Source: Chiloscyllium plagiosum (Eukaryota). From it: DNA of 64,000 bases. The notes below the pieces were generated by a model. That model was given only the letters and a program-made list of their open reading frames with translations, had not been told where the DNA came from and did no database searches. A program made the translations under genes and the position numbers. The DNA lies in the NCBI RefSeq assembly GCF_004010195.1, contig NC_057716.1:6344899-6408898 (forward strand). Direction: 5' to 3'. Below, in pieces: positions 37,933 to 51,046 of this stretch (the first letter of the stretch is position 1; each line of letters begins with the position of its first letter).

Positions 37933-38178
37933 CTTTAGTACTGCCACACCATCAGATAATTTGGCCAGCCTTTCATTTAGTTTTTCCTTCTCATAATCAC
38001 TTGTTGTAACTTCTAAAGTTTCTGTGATTTCTTGAATGCGCTGTTCAATGGCACTCTTGTCACCCTTGCCTTTCAACAGCATGGTGTCGTCTTTGGTGAC
38101 TACAACTTCACCAACTTTACCAAAGTCGTGGGCCTGGATATCCTCTACATTCAGTCCAAGGGCCTCATCCCCAAATAC
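37933..38178 (-). CDS. HSPD1: HSP60 exon (VFGDEALGL...[20 protein letters not shown])
   Basis: 246 nt, tag|GTA and AAG|gtaatt. Confidence 0.97.
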
Positions 38179-39608
38179 CTACAAAAATGTTTACACAGAC
38201 ATTGCATTAAAACAGGGATCCAATCACGAATTTCTTTGCTCTCCCAGCTGGAAGAAAAATTTTACTTTGGAATTAGATTGTCTGTAAGATAGAATAAACT
38301 ATCAGTTTATTGAAATCCTCAATAGTACATGTTTACCATTTTCTTCACATTTATTGACTGGTCAGTTCAGATGTGCACTAGTACACAAATACTAGTGAGC
38401 ACCTAAAAATGTTAATTATAGATCTATTACTTGGAAACAATATATAAACTGCAGGTTTCCTGGAACTACAAGAATCAATACACGCTTCACACTTCATTCA
38501 TTTTCTTCTAAATTTAGACTCCCACTTACTGGCTAGCCGCAGTGTTCATTGTATAATTATTTCTAATCTCAGCCAACCATAGAGAAAAAGAGAACTTAAA
38601 AGCCCCACTCTATATTTGCCCACATGCTCATTTTCCAACAGGTGGCAAGAAACACAATGAGCCGGAATCTTAGATTACAAATGATCAGGACCAAATCAGA
38701 CAGAATGCATTTGCTCACAAATCTCTCCAACACTGATCAATATCGTAAGTGAAAGGGTCTACTTTGGCAAAACATACCATTTATTACAAATATTGATGGT
38801 GTATTCATTACATAACGTGAAAGAGATTATTAAAGCAAGTTGGTTTAGTGGTGGGGGAATAAAAAACACTATTCAATGAATTATTAACTACCATAACTAC
38901 CCCACTTTAAATATAGGAGTATATCCTAATTTTCATCCTTCTCCCCAGTTCTTCAGAGTTCCAAGTTTGCTTAAAAGTGATAAGCAGTAAAATGGGGCTG
39001 TTTTATTTACAACTGATGAAACAGGAGGTGTTTGTTAGAATTTTAAGACATTTAAGATTGTGACTGGATGGATCTTTACAAGAAGTCTTGCTTTTAAGGA
39101 GATGAGAATATAGGGACAAAATATCCTAGACTGATCTTTAATCCAGGACAGAGGAGAAAGACAGGACTGAGGCAATGCAGCGTGGACTACCATAATTAGT
39201 GATTGAGATTCAAAACATTTACGAGAAGGTATATGATCAAAGGAAATGAGCTATTGCTGAAATAAACAGATTGGTTAGGCCAATTACAGATCCACTATTA
39301 TTGCACACCAATTTCAAAATGAGAGCAGACACCAATCAGCATCATACTTCCCAAGTCTGAAACCTCAGTTTGCACAATCTCAAAATCAATACCTTGTGAA
39401 AAAGAGGCTCAAAATAATTGAAATGAGATCTATACTTTAGTTCCCAATTATGCTAGTAAGCAACTTCCAATTTTAAAATCAAGTTATGGATCTACTTTCT
39501 GGAAGAAAATTCATTTAATCCTTTATGCTTCTTGATCAGCTTTGAGCTTAATGCGAAGTGCCATTGTAACACCATGGACTAAAAATCTGGATGACTACAT
39601 TTACATTA

Positions 39609-39893
<285 letters not shown>

Positions 39894-40016
39894 TCACCTC
39901 ACATTGTTAATCATCCTATATGAATTTTAATCTAAAGATAAAATGAGCACATTTACAAAAGTACATTTAAATTTTAGTTTTTAGATCTTTAGTTGACTGA
40001 AGGCAATAAGACAAAC

Positions 40017-40185
40017 CTATTCAAAACCAAGGTGCTGAGTGCTTCTCCATCGATGTCTTCAGCAACAATAACTACAGGTTTACGGTGTGCATTGGCAATC
40101 TCTAAGGCAGGTACAATGGACTGTACATTTGAAATTTTCTTTTCACTAAGCAGAAGGTAAGCATCCTGGAATTCACATTTCTGAC
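40017..40185 (-). CDS. HSPD1: HSP60 exon ([19 protein letters not shown]...[16 protein letters not shown])
   Basis: 169 nt, tag|GT and AG|gtttgt. Confidence 0.97.
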
Positions 40186-40896
40186 CTATTAAAAGTGAAC
40201 TAGGAATAAGTAACAGTCCTTATTAGCAACACATTATCTAAACAATTGATCAATCCAGAAAGTGAAAATATCTGGGACTCAAGTTTCAATGAAGAGCTGA
40301 GAGTTCAAATCTTAAAAACTTCTTTGATCTCTGCCTTAGTGGGGTGCAAAGAGGAAAAATGGCAGCCCAGAATAATCTGCTGAGCCAAAGCAATGGTTAG
40401 CGTGAATGGTTGCTCATAAGTGAATGAGACTATCTTTAGAATGTTTTTCATTCATACTGTCAAGACCAGGATGAGTCAAGTCAAAAGGTATCCAGTTTGA
40501 AGTGCAGACCACAAACAAAGGCAATGTAAAGACTGGGTACCCCTTGCACTAAGATTTTCATCAAGACACACTAGCATGACTCCAGAAGATGGCCTTTAAA
40601 AAAATTCATTTCAGTTTCTGCAGTTCATATGGTGGCAGTATTCTCTTTGTTAGTTAGGAGGTCAACCCAACAAGATAAATGTTCTTATGTCTAAATTAAA
40701 GGTACTAACTGTCTAGGAGGTAGTGCAGTTCAGAACCTGCAGATTTGTATCTTAATACCAAATCAATATTTATAGAGGGAAAATAGAAAAGAGATGTGGT
40801 ATTGTACTGTGGATCCTCTCTAAAACAAGCTTCCTAAGATATTGGTAAGAAATCAGTTTTAAAGATGCATCACAGCCAGCTTGTAAGAATACATAC

Positions 40897-40990
40897 CTTT
40901 AGCTGTGTTGATGAAGTATGGTGAGATGTAACCTCTATCAAACTTCATTCCTTCAATAATTTCAAGCTCATCATGGAGTGTTTTGCCATC
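40897..40990 (-). CDS. HSPD1: HSP60 exon ([32 protein letters not shown])
   Basis: 94 nt, aag|GAT and G|gtatgt. Confidence 0.96.
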
Positions 40991-41091
40991 CTTTTTACAC
41001 AATACGTAACAAGAAAACCACCATTACACAATATACTTTTCAATTAAGAGTATGACAGCAAAGAAATTAAACTTTTATCTCTTGTAGTTAC

Positions 41092-41187
41092 CTTGACTGT
41101 GATGACACCATTCCGGCCAACCTTTTTCATTGCATCAGAGATGAGCTCACCAATTTCTTTATCTCCATTGGCTGAAATAGTTGCCAC
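41092..41187 (-). CDS. HSPD1: HSP60 exon ([32 protein letters not shown])
   Basis: 96 nt, cag|GTG and AAG|gtaact. Confidence 0.97.
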
Positions 41188-41679
41188 CTGTAACAAAAGA
41201 AAATCAATTTTCCCCGAGAACACTGGGCTATATCAGCCACAGAATGATTAAAGTGACAGTCATGCTATACCACAGCTATCAGTGGCTACAATGACAAGGG
41301 GGAGGGATATTAATGTATAACCAAGTGTACACATTAATATCCCTCACCTTAAAAAATCCAAATATTATACAAAGTAATCTGCTTTAAATTTTGCCATTCC
41401 ATAACATAATTATTGTTTTACCATTGTGATTAGCCTTATTACATAGGATACTACAACCAGAGCCTGGGAATTATATTGAATGGCCAATATTGATCACACA
41501 AATAAATACAAATCAGATTATCTGGTCATGATCACATCGATGATTGTGGGATTTGTGCACCCATCAGCCATTTTTTTTACAATGCACCAGTGACCAACAT
41601 CAGAAGCATGACAGTAGTTAAAGTACCCAGACATCCAATAATTGCAAAAATCCCAAATCAATGCCAAGTCAGGATTTGG

Positions 41680-41990
41680 GATTACATTACATTACAATGT
41701 GGAAACAGGCCCTTCGGCCCAACAAGTCCACACCGACCCGCCGAAGCGCAACCCACCCAAACCCCTACATTTACCCCTTACCTCACACTACGGGAAATTT
41801 AGCATGGCCAAATCACCTAACCTGCACATCTTTGGACCGTGGGAGGAAACCAGAGCACCCGGAGGAAACCCACGCAGACACGGGGAGAACGTGCAAACTC
41901 CACACAGTCAGTCAGTCGCCTGAGGCGGGAACTGAACCCAGGTCTCTGGCGCTGTGAGGCAACAGTGCTAACCACTGTGCCACCGTGCCG
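41680..41990 (-). mobile_element. HE1-type V-SINE, full length, young
   Basis: Reverse complement of the 30635 family, with CpGs retained and a (taatg)n tail. Confidence 0.92.
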
Positions 41991-42361
41991 GATCTCAAGA
42001 GCAGTTACAAGATTTGAGGTTCTGCTCTTCCATGGCTGTCAGCTTTTCCTTATTCTTTCTCCTCAGATAGCTCTTCCCTGATACCCCTCTCTCATAGGCT
42101 CCTCCATTCTCAATTTTCAGCCTTGAAATGGTCACAGGAGGTCACCAAGTAGCCCATTTCACCTGAATTATCTGTGCTGTGTTGCAATTTTTCTGAATGC
42201 CTGCTTCTATTTGGGTGTCTCTAATTTAATACGCAAGTAGCTTTTCATCTATGTGCGATGTTTATGTAATGGAGACACCATTGACTTATACAAAAACCTA
42301 AACAATTACATTTTAATTTCTGTGGACAGTACTGTTGAATTCTGTTTTCTAGCACAAGTAC

Positions 42362-42444
42362 CTGAGCAATTTCTTCAGGGGTTGTGACTGGTTTAGACAT
42401 CTTCTTCAGCTCACCAATTACTGTATCTACAGCCAACATTACAC
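42362..42444 (-). CDS. HSPD1: HSP60 exon ([28 protein letters not shown])
   Basis: 83 nt, tag|GT and CAG|gtactt. Confidence 0.97.
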
Positions 42445-42827
42445 CTACAAAAGAAATTAATTTTGACAGATATTACGTCAATGATTTTACAATGTATTTA
42501 CAATTTATTAAAACTAGCTCAAGTGTATTGTAAAGTTAAAAAACATTGTAAATCTTCAAAAATGCAAGTGTATACGCGATGCTTCAATTTGTAGTTTTAG
42601 CTAGGACTGGACTTTTTTTGGGGATCCAATGCTACCTGTAAGTCTCAATTTGCCATGACGGCCTCAGTATAACTATCTGATTCTAGACTTTGTCCTCACA
42701 CATTCATATATTGAGGCAGTTTATCAAAAATTCATTTATCAAATAATGACATTTCAGAAAATGTCTTCTTGGAAAGGTGAAAAATACTCTAGCCAGTTTT
42801 AATTTTTTTGCAATTAAAAATTGTTTA

Positions 42828-43375
42828 GTCATAGAGATGTACAGCCTGAAGAGAGGGGCTTTGGTCCAACTTGTCCATGCTAACCAGATATCCTAAATTA
42901 ATCTAGTCCCATTTGCCAGCACTCGGCCATATCCCTCTAACCACTTCCTATTCATATATCCATCCAGATGCTTTTTAAGTGTTCTAATTGTACCAGCCTC
43001 CACCACTTCCTCTGGCAGCTGATTCCGTACACGCACCATCCTCTCCATGAGAATGTTGCCCCTCAGGTCCCTTTTAAATCTTTCCCCTCACCATAAACTT
43101 ATGCCCTCTAGTTTTGCACTCCCCTACTTTAGGGAAGACCTTGTCTATTTAGCCAATCCATACCCCTCATGATTTTATAAACGTATATAAAGGTCACCCC
43201 TCAGCTTGTGATGCTCCTTGGGAAAACAGCCCTAGCTTATTCAATCTCTCCCTGTAGTTCAAATCCTCCACTTGGACATCATCCTTGCAAATCTTTTCTG
43301 AACCCTTTCGAGTTTCACAACATCCTTCCAATAGGAGGGAGACCAGAACTGCAAGCAATATTCCAAAAGTGGCCT
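42828..43375 (-). mobile_element. CR1 3' fragment
   Basis: Reverse complement of the CR1 ORF2 end and 3' UTR. Confidence 0.85.
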
Positions 43376-43929
43376 GTGCTGAACTTTCCCACAGACTTTT
43401 TTTTTTTAAAAAAACACACAATTTATGATATTTCCAATGGAAAATTCATGATTTACAAAGCTTAATTCAAAAGGTACTTGTTTTTATTGCACTATGTTTC
43501 TGTGTAGATCTAGCAAGAACGTCCATTGTAAAAGTTGATTTTTAAATATCTAAAAAATTCCAAAGTTTTCCAACAGGAAGTAAAATGGAATCTTGCAGTA
43601 TCCCAATCTGGTCACTTGATGGCGCTGCACAGAAAATCTATTTCTACTAATTGCATCATGAATTTCTACTCCAATTGTTTAATATAGCTAAAATGAAAGC
43701 CAAGACATTTGTGACCGATACCAGATTTTACATTGTATATCCCTTAGTTGAAGAAAAATTCTATAACATTTTAATATGGTGAATGCTCAATCTGGCAGCT
43801 GAATACAGTCGAGTTAGGCATCAATAAATTTTAGCAAAGATTCCAAGTAAGCACCAATCAACTCCATGCAGTGGGAAAGAATTCAACCCACTGAATCTAC
43901 ACTAAACCTGTGAAGAGCATCCACCTGAC

Positions 43930-44112
43930 CTCTAACCCTGCATGCCCCATGGCCAAGTCACCTAACCTGCGCAGCTTTCAACTGTGGGAGGAAACCTGAA
44001 CACAGCAGAAACCTAGAGAGAGTGAGAACATACAAATTCCACACGACTCGTCTAAGGGTGGAACTGAATCTGTGTCTCTGGCACTATGAGGCAGCAGTAC
44101 TAACCATTGACA
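43930..44112 (-). mobile_element. Diverged HE1-type SINE
   Basis: It reads catggccaagtcacctaacctgc...tgtgggaggaaacc...tgaggcagcagtactaacca. Confidence 0.75.
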
Positions 44113-45121
44113 CCCCAGAAACTCCTAAATACAAGGTACTGCATGCTGACAGAATGTTTGCAGCATATTTCCTATGAATGGTGCAGAGCACTTCATAAGG
44201 ATTTAGCAGAGTAATTGTTTCAACACCTAATACCAAGTCATTGTAAAAGGAGCAATTACAAATCAAGCATATGCTAAGAAACTTTATTTGCATTGCAAGC
44301 TCACTAAGTAAGGAGATGTTATATTAAGATGGCACAATATGCTGGGATTCTTGGGTCATCAAATGGAGCTGCTACTCAAGCTATGGAGGTGGCACAAAGA
44401 GCCACTAAGTTGAATTCTGGTGTCAAAAAGGTTCAAATTACATTTAAAAAACCTGAAGAATGTGCAGCTATGTCATCATCTAGATGACAGGTGTTTGAAG
44501 TGGGATGAAGAAGGAACAAAAGGAATACAGATATTTTGTCTTGTACAAAACAGATCTGTGAAGCCACATTGATCTTGTAAAGCACCGTCATGTGCTCATT
44601 CAACTTAGAGGAAAGTTGATGTCACCTGGAAGCCAGGGTGAAAGTTAAAATGGCTATGGTACTGTTCAATCAACTGCAATTTCTCTTAATTGCTCTTGAC
44701 TTGCATTACTTTCTTTCCTTGCTCTTCAGATTTTCCCAAATTCTGGGGTTGCAATAATGCCAGTTGATTACCCTCAATCGTACACTGATTTGGTGGGTGG
44801 TTTTTAAACAACTATGATTTTCCTGTCACTAACCTTCTCAATTTATCCAGGTTGGGGACTAGCACTGATACACCATGCCTTTGGTGTTTAGTTAAGTCAG
44901 CTACTGGCGTGGCAAAACAAAAAAAAGACAATTGTTCATTTCACTGTCGAGGTAAGTATAGCAATTCAGAGACAAAACCTCATTAAATATAAATTATAAA
45001 TGTGCAACATTAACAATACTTACTTGCAAGTATGGTAATCTGCCATTTGAAAAATGCACACTTTGCTAGTCATTTGTTATTGCAACAATTGGTATTTAAT
45101 TCAAAAAGAAACCAAAAACTA

Positions 45122-45376
<255 letters not shown>

Positions 45377-46365
45377 CTAGATAAAAATAGACATTAAGCC
45401 ATTACTGTTTGTTATACAAGTAATAGAAATTCATTGTATTCTGTTGTCCCAATATCATGGAGACAGCAATTCCCGCTGTCACACTTTATGGCTTCAGATA
45501 CTTTCATTCTTCCCAGACCTTGCGAAAAAAAGTCTTAGTTAGAAGTAACTTTGAAATGGCTAGTTCCCAATGACCAAAATTGGTAACTGCTCTAAAGCAA
45601 TACTGGAGAAAAAGTACAATTCTCGATACCACCAAGCCATCTTGAACACACTAAGTAATTGAATGCTTTCTGATAAACATGGTGTTGAAATCTTTCATAA
45701 CTTTGGATACTCATACATTTTTACCAAGAGAACTGAAGTGATATTTGACTACAAACTTACCCATTGTCCATGAAATAGGAAACTCAGCCGTCATTGCTAC
45801 ACCTGGGTTTTTTGGACAATTTTTACTCCTTGATGTTGGAAATCTTTTCTGATCTGTGGGGATACTGGAAAACTGAAGATCTGAACATAGAAGTCAAGCA
45901 CAACATAGAAGATAGATCTATCCTGCAGAGTAGGTCAAGTACAGAAAGATTGTTCTTTCAAGTTGAGAAAGCTTGTCCACTAGAGTGGACAATGTTGAAG
46001 TATTTTCACAGAAAATTGCACAAAATGAGGTAGAGATTGTCCTACAGATTCTCAACAAAGCCGTGTTTCTCTTTTTAAAGAGAACGATAGACCTGTCTTT
46101 AACATGAAGAAATGTTCCTAAGACACTTCACAGGAGTGTTACCAAACAAAGATTAGCCGCAGAAGTAGGTCTAAAAGTCTGATTCAAAACATTGGTCTTA
46201 ATAATATTCTTAAAAAGGGGGAAAGTGAAGTAGAGAGGTAGAGAGATTTAGGAAGGGAATTTGGCGTTTTAGGGACTGAGGTAAACAAGGCACAAACACT
46301 GGTCAAGCAATTGTGATTGATGTGGATGAGTCAATGTTGAACTGGGGTGGACAAAGTTTAAAAAA

Positions 46366-46544
46366 ACACCAGGTTTAGTCCAACTGGTCGTTCATCTCGT
46401 AGCTAGTGGGATAGGATCATAGGACACACTTTATAGTATAGTAAAATTTATTATAAATTCTGAGTCCCATTAGCTACCTGGTGAACGACCAGTGTTCCAA
46501 AAGCTAGTACTTCCAGATAAACCTGCTGGACTATAACCTGGTGT
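46366..46544. repeat. Fold-back element of about 180 bp (probably a second Penelope-derived family)
   Basis: Outer inverted repeat acaccagg..tagtcca / tggactataacctggtgt; inner arms actggtcgttca..gtagcta / tagctac..tgaacgaccagt. Confidence 0.65.
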
Positions 46545-46867
46545 AAACTTAAATCGTAATGAAGAGATAGGACAGCGTTGTACAAAATATAGGTGGCGAT
46601 GTCAAAGGGAGAGGAGTGATTTCAGAGGGGGACAACACCCAAAAAGGAATCATTAACGATATTTGCTAATATGGAGGCCCGGGAAGAAAGCTGGGTGATT
46701 AGCTATTATTGGAAATAAGATTCAAGGTATAAAGGAGATGGATCTCCTTAACAAAATAACATCAGCAACAGAGAGAAACTACAAAAACATTCAGGGCCAG
46801 GATGGATGAAAAACTGAAGCATGTTCAGTCAGATGTCAAGGTAAAATCACTATCTTACTAGATCATG

Positions 46868-47110
46868 CGACTGACTGTGTGGAGTTTGCACGTTCTCCCC
46901 GTGTCTGCGTGGGTTTCCTCCGGGTGCTCCGGTTTCCTCCCACAGTTCAAAGATGTGCAGGGCCAGGTGAATTGGCCATACTAAATTGCCCGTAGTGTTA
47001 GGTAAGGGGTAAATGTAGGGGTATGGGTGGGTTTTGCTTCGGCAGGTCGGTGTGGACTTGTTGGGCCGAAGGGCCTGTTTCCACACTAGATTATATTACA
47101 TTACATTACA
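46868..47110 (+). mobile_element. HE1-type V-SINE lacking the tRNA head
   Basis: V-domain and 3' tail nearly identical to the 41680-41990 copy. Confidence 0.9.
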
Positions 47111-48679
47111 ATCATTAGGCTGCACTCAGGAGAGATAGGGATGACTGGTGGGGAGTTTAACCCAAGGGTCACCATGCCTCAGGCAAGGGGAAAAGTACAG
47201 TCCTTTGTGGTAACTTTGGCAATCGAACCCACGCTGTTGATATTCAGCCAGAGGGAAGAGACATGACAAAGTCAACAAATCTTTGACAAAGTCCAAGAGG
47301 TCCTCACTCTTGGAAATGAGAGATGGAGATGGCGCCAAGAAAATGGTATGCAAAAGAAAAAGCACAGGATGTTACATTTGCATTCTAAGATGAAACTGCA
47401 ACAGCGAGCACTTTTAATCAGATAAGAGTTTTTATCCAGCCAAATCTGTGATGGCAGGTCTTATCCAAGGAAAAGCCAGGGAGAGAGCAAGAAATTAGTT
47501 ATTGAAGATTAGAACAAAGTTAGAGTTGAGTGTGCAGTTGAGTAAATCAATAGATCAGGAACTGGAGAAATATCATGGCAAATGGATGTGAAAGGCTGGA
47601 TACGATCCCAAAAATCACCTTTTTGCTGTCTTGGGTGATTTCAAACTTTTGCAAGAATTCTTGTATGCCACTACCAATGAATAACTATTTTAGTGTTCAA
47701 CAAATCCACCAGGACCTTCTGAAAATCAGTATAATGAAGGTGCACCCAAGCTAACAAGCATAGTAGATACCATCTTAATGGGTATACAGCTAGAGGATAA
47801 AAAAACAAATTAATCTTTTGCAAGAAATTGCCTGCACTTTATATTATGGTTAATAATGAAACAAGTGGGAGCAATGTTCGCAGAGTTTTCAAGCAGGTAG
47901 AGTTAAGAATGACAATGGTTTATTAAACGGTAGTGACATGCAACCTCAAACTCTGTTGCAGTTGACTTTCAGAACCTAAGGAATTAGTATTTTAGAGTGT
48001 AAATCCGATTTTAGCTATGAGACCAAACACAGACCTTGTGGAAATTGGTAGCTTCTCCAATGTCAGAAGTTAACATAGCAAGCATAACCTGATGTGCTGG
48101 GTCCATAATGCAAATAAAAATTCATTTTTCTTGGGGGCTTCAAGGGAGGTAGGTAATGGCTCCAACTTAGTTCCTAATAAGCTGCATGCTACTGGGACAT
48201 ATACACATCATTTAGTTTTCCTTTTGAATAAAATCTAACTGCAAGGTGAGAGTTCCTTTTTCTCAAAGAATGAGCCAAGTTTGTCCACTGTTAAAGAGAT
48301 ATTAAATGAAATGAACAACAAACTGTTGAATTGACATATGGACTTCTCAGTGGCTTGGTTCAGAGACATGAATTTTCCATGCAAGTCACCCAAACAGCAG
48401 ACCCAAAAAGGTTCACTGCATCAAGGCCTAGTTGCGGGGAGCTCATGCTGATTATATTAAAGAATATGACAATTTGCAGCTTCAAATTGTGGCTATGAAT
48501 ACTTGAAGGTTCTCAAGTAACTTTCACTAAGTATTAATAATCCTAATTCTTTGTAAGGTAAAGTATAAGTTCAAAAACAATTCAGCAAATATTTTACTAT
48601 TTCTATTAATGTTGGTATAATTCAACAAAATACACCCCCCTTATGCTGCAAAGAGTACTCGGAGTAGACGCTGACCCAC

Positions 48680-48853
48680 CTTTGGTCCCATGGTTACAGC
48701 CACAGCATCGGCGAGAAGATCAACCCCTTTCAGCATCATAGCTCGAGCTTCGGATCCGAATTTCACATCTTTGGCGTAAGCCCGTGTGAGATGAGGTGCA
48801 AGTAGACGGGATACAGGTCTTACCTGGCGCAGAACAGTTGGCAAACGGAGCAT
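48680..48853 (-). CDS. HSPD1: HSP60 first coding exon ([33 protein letters not shown]...VTMGPK), with mitochondrial presequence
   Basis: 174 nt. The acceptor gtag|ataATG (exon starts at 48856) implies an upstream non-coding exon; the donor is AAG|gtgggt. Confidence 0.98.
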
Positions 48854-49599
48854 TATCTACAGAAAATAAATAATATTGATCAACCTTTAAACTATACGTT
48901 AATTAAAAACAAAAGAGAGGGTATCAGTAACGTGGGCCTCCCCACATGTCGCCAGGGGACACACGTCACAAGGTCAAATTAAAGTACTGCAACAATCCAC
49001 AAAATAATTGGGAATGCAAAAACAAAGTCACTAAGAATACGCCTCAAATTCGACCGAGACACCCTAGGTCTATAAAAACAATATGCAATTGCCAGTCCGT
49101 CTGAAATGCGATAGCCAACGTTGGAACTCTGATTCCTAGATTTCATTCATTGAATAATTTCATTACATAAAAGAAAACGCCTGTAGTCTGCATAATTTTT
49201 CAAACATTTACGAACCAAACCGATTTCCATGTAATACTACTTACTGACTTATTTACTTTGGAACGAGTAGCTAATACAACAGTGAAAACCCTTGCTTCAG
49301 CCGAATTCTACAGCTACGACCAAACTGCACAACTACCGGGACTAAACCCGAGCCTCTCTCGGAGAGCACGTGGGGTTGCAGCGGGGAGAAGCCTCTACTC
49401 GCCCCTTAACCTGGATACTTTAACACCAGCAACACTCTCAAGTACGGCTACTAAAAATTTTTGACAGACAAATAGCCACCTACTTACTACCATCAACGGA
49501 TGTCATAACATCATTGAAAACACAATTATGCGATTCAGTACGAACTTATCACGAAAAGAAGGTACTCGGAGCAGCTCACATACAGCTTCAGGGGTTCAG

Positions 49600-49619
49600 G
49601 TTCCAGAAACTTCCAGACG
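49600..49619. promoter_or_regulatory. Heat-shock element in the HSPD1/HSPE1 bidirectional promoter
   Basis: gTTCcaGAAacTTCcaGAc: three perfect alternating nGAAn units plus a near-perfect fourth. Confidence 0.85.
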
Positions 49620-49910
49620 CTTGCGTGGGCTGGGTCAAAGTGCACAGTTCTATTGTGCAATAATTTAAAAAAAATTGTTCTCTAAAATTAAAATTAAAGC
49701 TCCTTTGGGTGTTTGTGAGTATAAACTGCTGTCAAAGTATTGCTCAGGCATGGATTTCACGTTTAGAAAGTGTCCCTGAAATGTAACGTTCTTCTGACGT
49801 TCGAGGTCATGTCTCCGGGTTCGAAGGTTTTTCCTCACGTGGGGAGGCTGCCATAGTTGCTGCTGCAGGGAGCTGTCTCAGTTTCAACATTTTCTAGAAG
49901 GGGTAGCAGC

Positions 49911-49913
49911 ATG
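49911..49913 (+). CDS. HSPE1: HSP10 exon 1 coding part (ATG only)
   Basis: gcagcATG|gtaagc gives a good Kozak context and a strong donor. It joins in frame to exon 2 (AGQAFK); vertebrate HSPE1 has an ATG-only first exon. Confidence 0.88.
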
Positions 49914-50554
49914 GTAAGCTTTGATTTTACTTTATAGTAGACTGAATGAGAAGAATAAAGTAATTTATGTGCTGTTCTTAATTATTAATTTTGTGACTTT
50001 TTGATGTTAAAATGGTAAATTGAGCAGTTTTAAATTAACAAGTGTCTGGAGGATATAAAGTGATTTTGCCTGTTTCATAAGCTCGATGCAAACACATGAT
50101 CCTTTTGAAATATTCCTATACCAGAAGGGAAAAGGTTCGCCAGGCCACAGACTGGTTACAATCCTGCTGAATGAATGAATGAATGAATAGATGGACAATA
50201 TGCTTGTGACCTGTGTCGGTGTTACAAATCAGTTTGTAACAAAAGTCTTGTCGATTGAAGAACTTGACACGTATTTATTACTATGTAACCACACGGATAT
50301 TTGGGTAGAAACGAATAATTCAGATCGCTTACATGCAACTTAAAGATTTTAGGTTTGACGTGGGTGACACTTTCAAGGTCAAATGAGCTTAGTTTTTAAA
50401 TGTCGTCAAAATTTATTTTGAGAAATACAATTTTTCATTAATTACTTCTTCAGGCGATGTTTTACACCTTTTTTAAGGTGTTATAAAAGTTCGAACATTT
50501 CGACCATGCTTTATTTTTAATGGTGTTATATTTAGAAGCCAACTGTATGTACAC

Positions 50555-50672
50555 CTTGATGAAGGGCTTTTGCCCGAAACGTTGATCCTCCTGCTCCTCG
50601 GATGCTGCCTGACCTGCTCTGCTTTTCCAGCTCGACTTTAATCTCCAGCATCTACAGTCCTCATTTTTGCCC
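50555..50672 (+). mobile_element. Short Penelope-derived insertion in HSPE1 intron 1 with a mutated hammerhead core
   Basis: TTGATGA-A-GGGC-TTTT-GCCC-GAAA-CGTT at 50556-50583, followed by the family 3' end ctgctcctcggatgctgcctgacctgct...ctccagcatct. Confidence 0.8.
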
Positions 50673-50881
50673 AGTATATGCGTTATTAGCTGTGAAAGCA
50701 AAGCTAATAGTCTGAGAACATTTATCTAGTTCTTTTGTAACAAAAAAATTCAGAAGTCACTTTGCCTCTCAACATTCATTCGGAATGACCTCTATTTGTA
50801 GATCTCCGAAATGGTAAAGCTTGCGATATGTGGTTTGTAACCTGTCTGTTAATAGGTTACCAAAATGTTTTATTTTAACAG

Positions 50882-51046
50882 GCAGGACAAGCGTTCAAAA
50901 GGTTTCTACCCCTCTTTGACCGTGTTTTGGTGGAAAAGGTTGCAGCAGAGAAGGTAACAAAAGGTGGCATCATGCTTCCAGAAAAATCCCAAGGCAAAGT
51001 GCTTCAAGCGACAGTCGTCGCGATTGGACCTGGCAGCCGAGTAAAG
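50882..51046 (+). CDS. HSPE1: HSP10 exon 2 (AGQAFKRFLPLFDRVLVE...TKGGIMLPEKSQGKVLQATVVAIGPG..K)
   Basis: cpn10 signature PLFDRVLV and mobile loop TKGGIMLP; 165 nt. Confidence 0.97.
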
